From contig JANYEL010000168.1 of the NCBI GenBank assembly GCA_025363155.1, forward strand, positions 13,111 to 77,110: 64,000 nt of DNA, given 5' to 3'. The notes beneath the pieces were generated by a model. The model worked only from the letters and a program-made list of their open reading frames with translations. It was not told the origin of the DNA and did no database searches. The DNA comes from Moraxellaceae bacterium. Its GTDB lineage: Bacteria; Pseudomonadota; Gammaproteobacteria; Pseudomonadales; Moraxellaceae. Position 1 is the first letter of the stretch. The number at the start of each line of letters is the position of its first letter. A program made the position numbers and the translations under genes. This document shows positions 28,757 through 41,353 of this stretch, piece by piece.

Positions 28757-29380
28757 ATGATCCGCAGAAAACCATCGCAGAAACGCGCAAAAGTATCGGT
28801 CGACGCCATCATTGATGCAGGGTTTATTTCATTAGCTGAAAATGGAATAGCCAATACCACGACGATCCATATTGCTGATATTGCAGGTATTAGCCCTGGA
28901 ACCTTGTACCAGTACTTCGCCAACAAGGAAGCGGTGTATCTGGCAATGGAACGCCATTTTGTCGACGACATTCTGTCCTTACTGGACGATGTCTTGCCTG
29001 AGTTTATTCAGATGGATATCAGAGCTGGGGCGACTTTTTTACTGCATCGATTCACTGAAATGCTGCTTAAAGATAACGGGCGTTATCTCAAATATTCGCG
29101 GCAAAGCTTACATACCTTTGATGCAAGTCTGTCGCAACATGCGCACGAGATCGAAAAAAAACTACAAGAGATCATCATGCAATACGTAATGCATCATCCT
29201 GAACTAATGCGAATTAAAAGTATTCCAACCTTTAATTATCTCATTCTTAATGGCAGTATTTTGATCATTGTCAGGTATCTCAGTGACTTCAGCCCCACAA
29301 TCAGCTTAGAGCAACTCATCGATGGACTCGGCAATATGGCGGTACGCTACATCGCAGGTGAAATGCAAGACACGGTGTAA
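28757..29380 (+). CDS. TetR/AcrR-family transcriptional regulator
   Basis: RRKPSQKRA..., IADIAGISPGTLYQYFANKEA HTH. Confidence 0.92.
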   Translation: MIRRKPSQKRAKVSVDAIIDAGFISLAENGIANTTTIHIADIAGISPGTLYQYFANKEAVYLAMERHFVDDILSLLDDVLPEFIQMDIRAGATFLLHRFTEMLLKDNGRYLKYSRQSLHTFDASLSQHAHEIEKKLQEIIMQYVMHHPELMRIKSIPTFNYLILNGSILIIVRYLSDFSPTISLEQLIDGLGNMAVRYIAGEMQDTV

Positions 29381-29411
29381 ACTGACACAGCGAATCAAAA
29401 TCTGAGCCCAT

Positions 29412-29437
29412 AAAAAAACCCACGATCAACGTGGGTT
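29412..29437 (-). terminator. Rho-independent terminator between convergent tetR and oxygenase genes
   Basis: aacccacg-atcaa-cgtgggtt hairpin with an A7 run on the plus strand. Confidence 0.65.
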
Positions 29438-29470
29438 CTAATATTTCAAAATTCAGCAATCAACTGCACA

Positions 29471-30760
29471 TCACGCAACGTGCGCTGGATGATCTTTATC
29501 GGGCTGAATCACTTTCAAGCCATGTTCACCGAAAGTCGCCATAATGGCCTTCTGCTCTTGTCGTCCACGTTTTTCCAACCCATCACGCAACTTCGGCAAA
29601 AAACGAGGAATGTTTGCGCCCACAGCATTCAACGGTGCAATCATCATTGGGAACCATGGCAGCACATGCTTAGACAGACCCAACTGTGCCATTTTGGTAG
29701 GTGTCAAAAACAAACTGGTGACACTGATATGTTTTTGATAATCAAAGCGACGACGTAGCCCAGAAAAATGCTTATAGTGACGACTGAGTGGCTCAAGTGA
29801 TAGCGATTTACCCAAGGCTTGACTCGTCCAATCAGGTGGAGATTGCGTGATCAAGGTCTGATAAAGAATCAACGCACCTTTGCGTTCAGTATCCGACAAC
29901 CAACGCTCATCAACACCCATCAACCAGCCCGTGTACTTCCACAGATGCATCACGCTTTGCGACTCATGAACGCTCGACACTACACCGAGTGCGCGTAAGC
30001 CTGATAAGAATACAATTCCGAATGCATAAATTGTCGCAGCCATGTCAATCTGACACAGTGGCAGACCCCACTCTTCGGCTTTCCACTTCGGATTTGAAGC
30101 CAGATTACGACGCACTAAAGCATGAATAAAACGCACATGAATGGTCGATTTCCAGCCCCCCCCGAAACGTTCTAAACCACCTTTCTCCGTACAATCCATC
30201 CACCATTTTGAGGTTTCAGCAAAACGCTTCGCAGCATCTTTATTGAGTGCACCAGTCATAATCAGCGCTTGGTTAAAGCCAGATAGCAAATAGCCACCCA
30301 TCAGCGCCAAGTCGCGCAGCACATACACCCCATTCGCCCCACTCGTGCGCATAAACTTCGCGCCATCTTCAATGCGTTGACGATCCACCCACTCTGGGGT
30401 TGAATCTAAATGACTGAATAATTTACGCAGTTGCTCTGGACAATCTTTAACACTATCAATGCCATGATGAAGTGCTTGATCAAATTTTTCTTTACCAGTA
30501 CGCGGACTATTGGCGAACATCCAGTTCACATACTCATCCATTAAGGTGTCGCCTTGCGACAGTGCTTGGATCAATTCACGATATTCCTGCGGACTTGGTG
30601 CTGGATTACGACCCACAAGCGGTGTCAGCAAACGATACCGCCAAGGTGTTTTTTGCGACTGATCAAAGGATTTAGCGCGACTAGGAACAAAAAAGTCTGC
30701 ACTCGAACTATACGTTTGATCCTGTAATTGGGTAGGTAAAGTTGCAAGAACTTCTGACAT
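29471..30760 (-). CDS. MpaB/Lcp-like (DUF2236) heme oxygenase-family protein
   Basis: PEWVD...G, RFAET, VRFIHALVR (candidate heme-ligand His), WGLPLCQIDM, HLWKYTGWLMG motifs; no export signal. Confidence 0.82.
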   Translation of the reverse strand: MSEVLATLPTQLQDQTYSSSADFFVPSRAKSFDQSQKTPWRYRLLTPLVGRNPAPSPQEYRELIQALSQGDTLMDEYVNWMFANSPRTGKEKFDQALHHGIDSVKDCPEQLRKLFSHLDSTPEWVDRQRIEDGAKFMRTSGANGVYVLRDLALMGGYLLSGFNQALIMTGALNKDAAKRFAETSKWWMDCTEKGGLERFGGGWKSTIHVRFIHALVRRNLASNPKWKAEEWGLPLCQIDMAATIYAFGIVFLSGLRALGVVSSVHESQSVMHLWKYTGWLMGVDERWLSDTERKGALILYQTLITQSPPDWTSQALGKSLSLEPLSRHYKHFSGLRRRFDYQKHISVTSLFLTPTKMAQLGLSKHVLPWFPMMIAPLNAVGANIPRFLPKLRDGLEKRGRQEQKAIMATFGEHGLKVIQPDKDHPAHVA

Positions 30761-30809
30761 CTTGTCCCTCTCTTAAATCATAGTTTGGTTACATTTTTAT
30801 CAGACTATA

Positions 30810-30834
30810 CGAATATATATTCGCATTCAATTCG
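30810..30834. promoter_or_regulatory. Second putative TetR operator upstream of the oxygenase
   Basis: CGAATATATATTCG palindrome followed by ATTCAATTC, mirroring the site at 28729-28751. Confidence 0.55.
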
Positions 30835-31008
30835 TGTTTGAAGAAATATTGTACAAATCGTCTCAACGTGATGTCTGGTTCAGTTCCAATCATGAATGTT
30901 TTAAAGAGATCTAATGTGTCAAATCATTCGACTGTATGCCTCATTACTATTTTTGTTAGAAGAGAATAGGCATACTAGATTTTTATTGAACGTCAAAATA
31001 AAGCAGTC

Positions 31009-31629
31009 ATGCAACTCTCCAATCAAGAGATTTATCTCGCCCTCATTCTATTTGCCTTTTCGGCGGCGATTACGCCTGGCCCGAATAATGTCATGCTGAT
31101 GAGTTCGGGCTTAAATTATGGCGTGAAGAAAAGCCTGCCGCACTTATTTGGGATTTGCTTTGGATTTCCAGTGATGGTGTTGCTGATCGGGGTTGGACTC
31201 GGCAGCGTCTTTGAACGCTTTCCGATCACGCATACCATTATACAAATTCTCGGCATTCTCTATTTACTCTATCTCGCATGGATCATTGCGACGACAAAAA
31301 CGCATGACATTCATACCACCAAATCCAATCCGCTGAGCTTTTGGCAAGCCGCACTTTTTCAATGGATCAACCCCAAAGCATGGATTATGGCGACAGGAGC
31401 CATTGCAACTTACACCACAATCAGTACTAATATTTACCAACAAATCAGCATCATTGCTTTAATATTCTTCATCACAGCCGTTCCCAGTGCGGCGACGTGG
31501 CTGATCTTTGGCGCAAAGTTAAAACATTTTTTGCAAAACCCAAAGCATCAGCATATTTTTAATATCGTCATGGCGTTATTACTCGTGAGCTCGATGATTC
31601 CTGTCCTTATTAACTTGATTAATACTTAA
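31009..31629 (+). CDS. LysE/RhtB-family exporter
   Basis: TPGPNN motif, [16 protein letters not shown]. Confidence 0.9.
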   Translation: MQLSNQEIYLALILFAFSAAITPGPNNVMLMSSGLNYGVKKSLPHLFGICFGFPVMVLLIGVGLGSVFERFPITHTIIQILGILYLLYLAWIIATTKTHDIHTTKSNPLSFWQAALFQWINPKAWIMATGAIATYTTISTNIYQQISIIALIFFITAVPSAATWLIFGAKLKHFLQNPKHQHIFNIVMALLLVSSMIPVLINLINT

Positions 31630-31637
31630 ATTATCCT

Positions 31638-32102
31638 ATGCAAATTTGCCCGTGTACTCCGCAAAACCTCCTCGCCCACTGTTGCGGTAAATACCACGCA
31701 GGCGAACCCGCACCAACGGCTGAGAAGCTCATGCGTTCGCGTTATAGCGCATATGCGTTGGGCTTGATAGATTATCTGGTTGCCACGACTTTGCCTGCCC
31801 AGCAAAAAATACTGGATGCTGATGGCATTCGTGCTTGGTCAACACAAAGCACTTGGCTCGGATTAGAGGTACAGAACTTTGAGGAACTTGCGGATAAGAT
31901 TCACGCGACCGTGACATTCATCGCGAAATGGAAAGATGCACAAGGTGAACATCAGCATTTAGAAAAATCAGGTTTCGTAAAGATCCAAGATCATTGGTAT
32001 TTTCTCGATCCTACTGTTCCGCTGAATCTCGGACGCAATGATCCATGCCCTTGTGGCAATGGCGCTAAATTCAAGAAATGTTGTGCAGCGTGGATTAGCT
32101 AA
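31638..32102 (+). CDS. ychJ: YchJ family protein with SEC-C motif
   Basis: [13 protein letters not shown]; C-terminal [18 protein letters not shown]. Confidence 0.9.
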   Translation: MQICPCTPQNLLAHCCGKYHAGEPAPTAEKLMRSRYSAYALGLIDYLVATTLPAQQKILDADGIRAWSTQSTWLGLEVQNFEELADKIHATVTFIAKWKDAQGEHQHLEKSGFVKIQDHWYFLDPTVPLNLGRNDPCPCGNGAKFKKCCAAWIS

Positions 32103-32135
32103 TGAAGCGTTTTTAGAATTATGACTTTAATAAAA

Positions 32136-32200
32136 TAGCGCATTGAGCCTGTCGAAATGCGCTAGATACGCGTAAGCACTTCGACAAGCTCAGTGAGCTA
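32136..32200. repeat. Palindromic repeat TGAGCCTGTCGAA...TTCGACAAGCTCA
   Basis: Inverted arms between convergent ychJ and rpe; second copy at 46285-46349. Confidence 0.7.
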
Positions 32201-32210
32201 AATGCAGGGT

Positions 32211-32888
32211 TTATCTCTGAACCAGCGCCAACTCCGCACGCATCGCATCAATCACCGTCTTATAATCAGGCTGACTAAAAATCGCCGAGCCTGCAACAAA
32301 CATATCCGCACCTGCCTCAGCAATCGCACGAATGTTTTTCACATTGACGCCGCCATCGACTTCCAAACGAATGTCACGACCACTTTTTTCAATCATCTGC
32401 TTTGCCACACGCAATTTATCCAGCGTACTCGGAATAAAACTTTGACCACCAAAACCAGGGTTCACGCTCATCAGCAGTACTTGATCGACTTTATCCATCA
32501 CATAATCAAGATAATGCAACGGCGTTGCAGGATTAAATACCAAACCCGCTTTCGCACCGCCCGCTTTAATCAACTGTAATGAGCGATCAATATGCGGCGT
32601 CGCTTCTGGATGAAAGGTAATGATGCTCGCGCCTGCTTCCAGAAAATACTCAATCATACGATCGACGGGTTCAACCATCAGATGTACATCTATCGGCGCA
32701 GTAATGCCATAGTCACGCAGCGCAGTACAAATCATCGAACCGAAGGTGAGATTGGGTACATAGTGATTATCCATCACGTCAAAATGCACCACATCCGCGC
32801 CAGCATTCAGTACTTTTTCAACATCTTGACCCAAACGGGCAAAGTCAGCAGATAAAATCGACGGGGCAATCCAATACGGTTGGGTCAT
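32211..32888 (-). CDS. rpe: Ribulose-phosphate 3-epimerase
   Basis: [32 protein letters not shown] and EVDGG motifs; start at MTQPYW. Confidence 0.96.
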   Translation of the reverse strand: MTQPYWIAPSILSADFARLGQDVEKVLNAGADVVHFDVMDNHYVPNLTFGSMICTALRDYGITAPIDVHLMVEPVDRMIEYFLEAGASIITFHPEATPHIDRSLQLIKAGGAKAGLVFNPATPLHYLDYVMDKVDQVLLMSVNPGFGGQSFIPSTLDKLRVAKQMIEKSGRDIRLEVDGGVNVKNIRAIAEAGADMFVAGSAIFSQPDYKTVIDAMRAELALVQR

Positions 32889-33168
32889 AACAAGCTCGGG
32901 AAAATAAGTGGCAAATTCAGCTAATTTAAAAAGACTTAGCGCAACGCCTGCATATGATAACGCACATGATCGGCAATCACACTTTGAATAAAACAATATC
33001 CATGATCTTATATTTCATTCTTTAGGTCTATTGAATAAAACAAAGCACGAACACGTCACAATGAAAATGAGGACCATTGGCACCCTCACAAATAGACTAC
33101 ATCGTTTATTTCATTTAAAAGTATCGGATTTATTGATTTCACTTATGATAAATTCAAGCTTAAAGTAA

Positions 33169-35352
<2,184 letters not shown>

Positions 35353-35356
35353 AACT

Positions 35357-35396
35357 AGCCTCCCTATGCAGCGAACAGAACTTGTATAGGGAGGCT
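35357..35396. terminator. Stem-loop between convergent katG and frmB
   Basis: agcctccctatgca / tgtatagggaggct arms. Confidence 0.55.
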
Positions 35397-35479
35397 CATG
35401 ATTTATTTGATGATCTCAAATAATATCAACAAACTAATGTACTCAAGCCAACACTTCCCTCATCTTAAGCTCACCATGC

Positions 35480-36307
35480 TTAGCGTAATGCCTGCAGATG
35501 AAAACGCAGATGATCTGTAATCACACTTTGGATAAAATAATAGCCATGATCATAGCCCGCATGGCGACGTAAAGTCAGTGGCTGGCCCACACGAACACAA
35601 GCCACCTCCAAACGATCTGGATGCAATTGATCCAAGAATTGATCTTCTAAGCCTTGATCAACAAAAATGTTATCAAAGAGTTTACCTTTCGCTTCGATCA
35701 AACGACTTGCATCATGTTCAGCCCAGAGAGTCTGATCATTGCCTAAATAATTGCTAAAAGCTTTCACACCCCAAGGGCAATCCATAGGCGCGGCAATCGG
35801 CGCAATCGCAGATACCGATGCAAACAAATCAGGATGACGCAAAGCTAAAGTCAACGCACCATGGCCACCCATGGAATGTCCCATGATGCTGATGCGCGAA
35901 ATATTGAAAGTATTCTTAATCAGTGTATAAAGCTCATCAATCAAATATGACTCCATCTGAAAATGCGGTGCCCACGGTGCTTGTGTCGCATCCAAATAAA
36001 ATCCAGCACCCTGCCCCAAATCCCAATAATCCGCCTTCGCCGCCGCATCACCACGCGGACTAGTATCAGGCGAAATCAGGATCACACCCAGTTCCGCAGC
36101 GATGGCTTGCGCATGTGCCTTGATCGGAAACGTTTCTTCGGTACAGGTTAAACCTGCCAAATAAAACAGTGCAGGACACTGCTCGCCAGCCAACGCTTGC
36201 GGTGGCAAATAGACGCCAAACTTCATGGGCAAACCAATCACCGTAGAATCATGCTGATAAAAACGTTGTTCGCCATTACTGCAGCGCGATGAATTCAGTA
36301 TTTGCAT
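35480..36307 (-). CDS. fghA: S-formylglutathione hydrolase
   Basis: LAGLTC, PDTSPRG, GAGFYLDAT, GHSMGGHG and GYDHGYYF motifs. Confidence 0.95.
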   Translation of the reverse strand: MQILNSSRCSNGEQRFYQHDSTVIGLPMKFGVYLPPQALAGEQCPALFYLAGLTCTEETFPIKAHAQAIAAELGVILISPDTSPRGDAAAKADYWDLGQGAGFYLDATQAPWAPHFQMESYLIDELYTLIKNTFNISRISIMGHSMGGHGALTLALRHPDLFASVSAIAPIAAPMDCPWGVKAFSNYLGNDQTLWAEHDASRLIEAKGKLFDNIFVDQGLEDQFLDQLHPDRLEVACVRVGQPLTLRRHAGYDHGYYFIQSVITDHLRFHLQALR

Positions 36308-36438
36308 CTTATTCTCAGAAGGGATCTAATAGGATTGAAGCGATTTAACGCTTGATTTTCCCAATGATAGTTGGGTATTGAGATAAAGCAAGTTTTACGT
36401 CCAATCTGAATGAAAGGAATCTTTTAGAGGGTACGAAT

Positions 36439-36939
36439 ATGAATCAGATGGTCATCGATCAATCCCGAATAGCAAAAGTCGGAAAGGAAGCACCTGATTT
36501 TATTTTGAACGATACCGAAGGCGAGCCTTGGCGACTATCAGATAAACGCGGGCAAGTCGTCGCTCTGCTTTTTTATCCGCAAGATGAAACTCTCGTTTGC
36601 ACCAAACAGATGTGTTCTGTCCGTGACCATTGGGCAGAATATATGGAAACTGGCGCAAAAGTGATTGGCATTTCGGATGGCACCATGGAATCACATACCC
36701 AATTTGCCAAGCATCATAACCTTCCCATTCCACTACTCGCTGACTTGGGTAATGATGTCACTAAAATATTCAGTCGTCATTGGTGGATGCCTGCCAAGCT
36801 CACACGCACAATTGTTGTGATCGATGCCAAGGGAATCGTTCTTTCTCGAAAAGTGATATTTAGAGCATTTCGTCCAAATGACGACGAAGTGATTGCCGCG
36901 ATTTTGTATGCAAAGACGGAGCAGTTGAGGAAGGGTTAG
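36439..36939 (+). CDS. Peroxiredoxin, BCP/PrxQ type
   Basis: FYPQDETLVCTKQMC (PxxxTxxC with resolving Cys five residues later). Confidence 0.88.
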   Translation: MNQMVIDQSRIAKVGKEAPDFILNDTEGEPWRLSDKRGQVVALLFYPQDETLVCTKQMCSVRDHWAEYMETGAKVIGISDGTMESHTQFAKHHNLPIPLLADLGNDVTKIFSRHWWMPAKLTRTIVVIDAKGIVLSRKVIFRAFRPNDDEVIAAILYAKTEQLRKG

Positions 36940-37023
36940 ATTTATTCGTAAATCAAACCTCTTCGTGCAATGAATTTTGCTTATTACACCTTACCAGAAC
37001 TATTTTCCTCAAGAGTTGAATTC

Positions 37024-37938
37024 ATGCGCTATTCCTTAAGTTTACTGATGTTCCTCTTTGCATGGTTGACAACAGCTTCAGAAGCCGCAATTTCAACTCA
37101 GGAATTCACGTTGAAGATTGCTGCGCTTGAGAGCAAAAATAGTGGGCGTATTGGTGTTTCAGTTGTTTCAGCGAATGGCGCGACACTTCTTTCATATCGA
37201 GCAAATGAGCGGTTTGCGATGTGCAGTACGTTTAAAGCATTGCTAGGAGCTGTTATTCTGTCTCGCGTCGATTCAAACTTAGAGTCTCTGGACAGATCAA
37301 TATCGTACAACTCAACCGATATTCTTGAATATGCCCCCATTACAAAAAACCATTTAAATACAGGACATATGACGGTTTCCGAATTGACCGCAGCATCACT
37401 TCAATACAGCGACAATACTGCGGCAAACTTACTCCTTAATGCAATCGACGGCCCCAAAACACTCACTAAATACCTTCGTTCAATCGGCGACAACACAACT
37501 CGACTTGACCGAAATGAACCATCATTGAATACGAATATTTCGAACGACTTACGAGATACCAGCACCCCAGATGCGATGACTAAAACACTGCAAAAGGTTT
37601 TAATAGGTGACTATCTTTCCCCCGCGTCCAAAGAGCAACTTAAGCTATGGATGTTTGGAAATACGACAGGTGACAGTAAACTGAGAGCAGGCTTCGACAA
37701 ACTTTGGATTATCGGCGATAAGACTGGAAGTGGGGAAAATGGCGCAAGTAATGACGTAGCAATTGTATTTCCAAGAGGGTTACCTCCATTCATTATGACA
37801 GTATTTTATACTGGGTCTACCGCTTCGAACGATACCAAAAATGCTGTTATTGCTGAAGTAGCAAGAATGACTAGCGGCGTTCTTTTAAAGAATCATCCGA
37901 AATCTAATTTTGGCGTTAGTCAGCGTAATCTGCAATAA
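37024..37938 (+). CDS. bla: Class A serine beta-lactamase
   Basis: Signal peptide; CSTFK, SDN, RNEPSLN (E166/N170) and KTG motifs; ORF extends to 36970. Confidence 0.93.
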   Translation: MRYSLSLLMFLFAWLTTASEAAISTQEFTLKIAALESKNSGRIGVSVVSANGATLLSYRANERFAMCSTFKALLGAVILSRVDSNLESLDRSISYNSTDILEYAPITKNHLNTGHMTVSELTAASLQYSDNTAANLLLNAIDGPKTLTKYLRSIGDNTTRLDRNEPSLNTNISNDLRDTSTPDAMTKTLQKVLIGDYLSPASKEQLKLWMFGNTTGDSKLRAGFDKLWIIGDKTGSGENGASNDVAIVFPRGLPPFIMTVFYTGSTASNDTKNAVIAEVARMTSGVLLKNHPKSNFGVSQRNLQ

Positions 37939-38150
37939 GCCAAAACTGGTTGCACCTAATCACTCATCAATATCCACCTAAACACACCAACCCACACCCC
38001 CATCACTACACGTGACAATTTGTGCTAAGTACGCTAACGCACAGAACTATGCCCAGTACGCGCCTATTCTCATTATTCGCCAATGCATTTGGTCTATCTA
38101 GGGTCGCGTGGAAAGCATTTGACCCTTATTTTACGTTCAAGGGATTCCCT

Positions 38151-38342
38151 ATGAAACACCTAATAATCATGTCCACACTGTTTACTGCACTCGGCTTAAC
38201 CGCTTGTGACAGACAACCCGCTGTGGTCTACGTACCGTCTACCACTGCCGCCGCAGGGCCTGCAGGCGCCACAGGAGCGACTGGGGCAACTGGCGAAAGC
38301 ACAACAGTGATTGTTACGCCATCAGCTGAATCATCGAATTAA
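38151..38342 (+). CDS. Small lipoprotein with short collagen-like Gly-X-Y tract
   Basis: MKHLIIMSTLFTALGLTAC lipobox; GPAGATGATGATGES. Confidence 0.7.
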   Translation: MKHLIIMSTLFTALGLTACDRQPAVVYVPSTTAAAGPAGATGATGATGESTTVIVTPSAESSN

Positions 38343-38406
38343 ATAGCAAGAAAGTAGCATTTGTTGGGTTACGATAATCGTCACCCAACAAATTTTCACG
38401 ACTTCA

Positions 38407-39513
38407 TTAATACACAATCACCGAGCGAATCGACTCCCCACGTTTCATCAAATCAAAGCCTTCATTGATCTGATCTAAACGCAAATGATGGGTAATCAAA
38501 TCATCAATATTCAGCTTACCATCCATATACCAATCGACAATCTTCGGTACATCAGTACGCCCACGTGCGCCACCAAAAGCCGAACCTTCCCACTTACGAC
38601 CCGTAACCAATTGGAATGGGCGCGTACTGATCTCAGCACCAGCTTCCGCCACGCCAATGATAATGCTGCGCCCCCACCCTTTATGTGATGACTCCAGCGA
38701 CTGGCGCATGGTCGTGGTATTACCAATACATTCAAACGAATAATCAGAACCACCATCGGTCAATTCAATAATACGATCCACTACATTCGGCACATCTTTT
38801 GGATTAATAAAATCAGTCATGCCAAATTTACGCGCCATGGCCTCACGTGCTGGATTGGTATCAACACCAATGATCTTGCCAGCGCCAACCATCTTCGCGC
38901 CTTGAATCACATTCAGACCAATGCCGCCCAAACCGAACACCACCACATTCGCACCCGCTTCAACTTTCGCCGTAAACAACACCGCGCCCACGCCAGTCGT
39001 CACGCCACAACCGATATAACACACCTTATCAAACGGTGCATCCGAACGTATTTTTGCCAGTGCAATTTCTGGGACAACGATATGATTCGCGAAAGTCGAT
39101 GTGCCCATGTAATGCAAAATTGGCTGACCATCCAGTGAAAACCGTGACGTGCCATCAGGCATCAAACCTTGACCTTGGGTTGATCGAATCGCTTGGCACA
39201 GATTAGTTTTTTGCGACAGGCAGAATTTGCACTGACGGCATTCTGGCGTATAGAGCGGAATCACATGATCGCCAGGCTTAAGAGACGTCACACCTGCACC
39301 CACTTCCAACACAACACCCGCGCCTTCATGACCAAGAATCGCAGGAAAACGCCCCTCAGGATCAGCACCCGACAAAGTGTAATAATCGGTATGGCAAATC
39401 CCAGTGGCTTTGATTTCCACCAACACCTCACCCGCACGCGGCGGCGCAAGATCAACTTCGTGAATCGTCAGTGGTTGTCCTGCAGCCCATGCAATCGCGG
39501 CACGTGTTTTCAT
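38407..39513 (-). CDS. frmA: S-(hydroxymethyl)glutathione dehydrogenase (class III ADH)
   Basis: [30 protein letters not shown] and [10 protein letters not shown] motifs. Confidence 0.96.
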   Translation of the reverse strand: MKTRAAIAWAAGQPLTIHEVDLAPPRAGEVLVEIKATGICHTDYYTLSGADPEGRFPAILGHEGAGVVLEVGAGVTSLKPGDHVIPLYTPECRQCKFCLSQKTNLCQAIRSTQGQGLMPDGTSRFSLDGQPILHYMGTSTFANHIVVPEIALAKIRSDAPFDKVCYIGCGVTTGVGAVLFTAKVEAGANVVVFGLGGIGLNVIQGAKMVGAGKIIGVDTNPAREAMARKFGMTDFINPKDVPNVVDRIIELTDGGSDYSFECIGNTTTMRQSLESSHKGWGRSIIIGVAEAGAEISTRPFQLVTGRKWEGSAFGGARGRTDVPKIVDWYMDGKLNIDDLITHHLRLDQINEGFDLMKRGESIRSVIVY

Positions 39514-39597
39514 GAGGGAACTCCTTATCCTGTGAATAATCTGATGAATAGCATTTCAAATACGATCAGAACCGCAAATTTAATATGTATGTTCTAA

Positions 39598-41079
39598 CTA
39601 TTTCGGACTGTCTACTGCAGCAATTTTATGTTGCGATGGAATCTTCATCGCAGGCAGATGCAAAGACGGAATCACTGAAGTTGGCTGTGCCATCTCAGGC
39701 TGTGAAGTCATCTCCGTTACCGTAGGGAATAATCGACTTTCGATCTGTGGCAAAATCGTCGCGATATTCGCTCCCACTTGCATTTGTGGATTAGACGGCG
39801 GATAGCCAGCCTCTTTCTCACGTTTGCGAATGGATTTCTTCGCCACATCAAACGCCGCAGCGAGTGAGCTTTGATCACGCATGGCTTCGGCAAAGAAAGC
39901 ACGTCCAAAATAGGTGTAATCTGCTTCGGTTGAACAGCCGAACGATGGCTTATCTGCCGCAGAGGCGGTAATAATAATGGTATTCGGCGACTGCAATGCA
40001 GGTATAAAACTGCCTGAATAACACGCTGAAATCACCAACACGCGCCAACGAATATTCGAGCGATCTAAGGTTTCTCGTAGCCACTGCGGATTCAGTGAAT
40101 TTAAGCCAATCGGATCGTTCGCCAATTCAAAAACATTTTGATTGCCATGTGAGGTCATAAACAAAAATAGCACATCGTCCGAACCCATTTGTTGACCGAC
40201 ACGCGCCAACGCACGGGCAATACTGGTTCGACTGGCAATCGGTAATGTCGCTTGAGTATTGGCATTATTGATTAACGCCAATGAACGTCCGAGCGTGCCG
40301 AAACGCGTATCAAACTGACGCTGAGTACTCTCGACTTCGGTTTTAAACACATCCTGATAACCTGCGCCCGCTACACCCATAAAATACCAATGAGTTTCGC
40401 CAAACACGCCTTTTTGCAACTGACTAAGCATATCGTCGAGCAAGCGCGGTTGAGCGTACAGCGCCTCTTCCGACAACATGACAGGTTCGACTTTCGCCTC
40501 TACTTTCCAGATCGGTTGACTACTGACGGCTTGTTGCCAAATCGCCAAAGTCACAATCGTACCGACCAAAATCAGAATCTGTTCCCACCACGGCCAACGC
40601 AATTGCTTAGCAAAAATCAGCACCAACGACACGGTTTGCCAAATAAACAACACCAAAAATAGCGAGTTCATCCACGGCAGAATAAAATCAGGTAAATGGT
40701 CAATCAAGCCAAGGTATTGCAACAGACTTTGAAACAGCGCGATGTAAATATCCGCTGCCAACCACAGAACCACAGGAACAAGCATCAGTCGCCCAAGGCC
40801 ATTGCGCTGCGCAACAAAGATCCCAGCGATTAGGGCAATAAACGGCCAGAGCAAATAACTCGCCAAACCTTGGCTATTAAAATGCCCTTCACCGTTCGCG
40901 GTGAGCCAACTGAATAAAGTATTTGCCAGCACGGCCAAGACGGCGAGGAACACCAGTTGTGAAGCACTGGGGGTGACTGAACGAAAAGCTCGACGCGAAC
41001 CCAGCAACATCCACAATGCTGCTCTTTGGTTGGCAAATAGATCCGAAAAAAAACTTTGAGACGGGGGCAGCTCAATCAT
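39598..41079 (-). CDS. Membrane-anchored peptidase C13 family protein
   Basis: N-terminal TMs; QDVF..E, LFMTSHG and ISACYSG catalytic His/Cys motifs. Confidence 0.85.
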   Translation of the reverse strand: MIELPPSQSFFSDLFANQRAALWMLLGSRRAFRSVTPSASQLVFLAVLAVLANTLFSWLTANGEGHFNSQGLASYLLWPFIALIAGIFVAQRNGLGRLMLVPVVLWLAADIYIALFQSLLQYLGLIDHLPDFILPWMNSLFLVLFIWQTVSLVLIFAKQLRWPWWEQILILVGTIVTLAIWQQAVSSQPIWKVEAKVEPVMLSEEALYAQPRLLDDMLSQLQKGVFGETHWYFMGVAGAGYQDVFKTEVESTQRQFDTRFGTLGRSLALINNANTQATLPIASRTSIARALARVGQQMGSDDVLFLFMTSHGNQNVFELANDPIGLNSLNPQWLRETLDRSNIRWRVLVISACYSGSFIPALQSPNTIIITASAADKPSFGCSTEADYTYFGRAFFAEAMRDQSSLAAAFDVAKKSIRKREKEAGYPPSNPQMQVGANIATILPQIESRLFPTVTEMTSQPEMAQPTSVIPSLHLPAMKIPSQHKIAAVDSPK

Positions 41080-41353
41080 GGGATTTCAGCTTAGTACTCT
41101 TTTTACTTATGATTTAAAAAACGTATGATTTAAAAAATCAGATTGACTTAAAAACGCACATTATCCCAATACCAAGGGTCGTAAAAAACCCAAAGTCTCA
41201 ACATGAAATAGTCTTGCAAATGAACGCTAAATTACCTGAATTCAGGCAAAAATTAGACATGTAAATTAAGACTGAAATCGACATCAATTGATACAAATAA
41301 TTTGTAAATATGATTAAGATATATCCAATTAATCAATTTCAAATTAGCAGATC

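Noticed and set aside
32889-32996. N-terminal extension of rpe in the ORF track
   Set aside because: Homology begins at [10 protein letters not shown]; the extension is likely untranslated
37024-37938. Beta-lactamase as a KPC/SME-type carbapenemase
   Set aside because: Has Cys69 but Gly at 238 (KTGSG), so the characteristic disulfide cannot form
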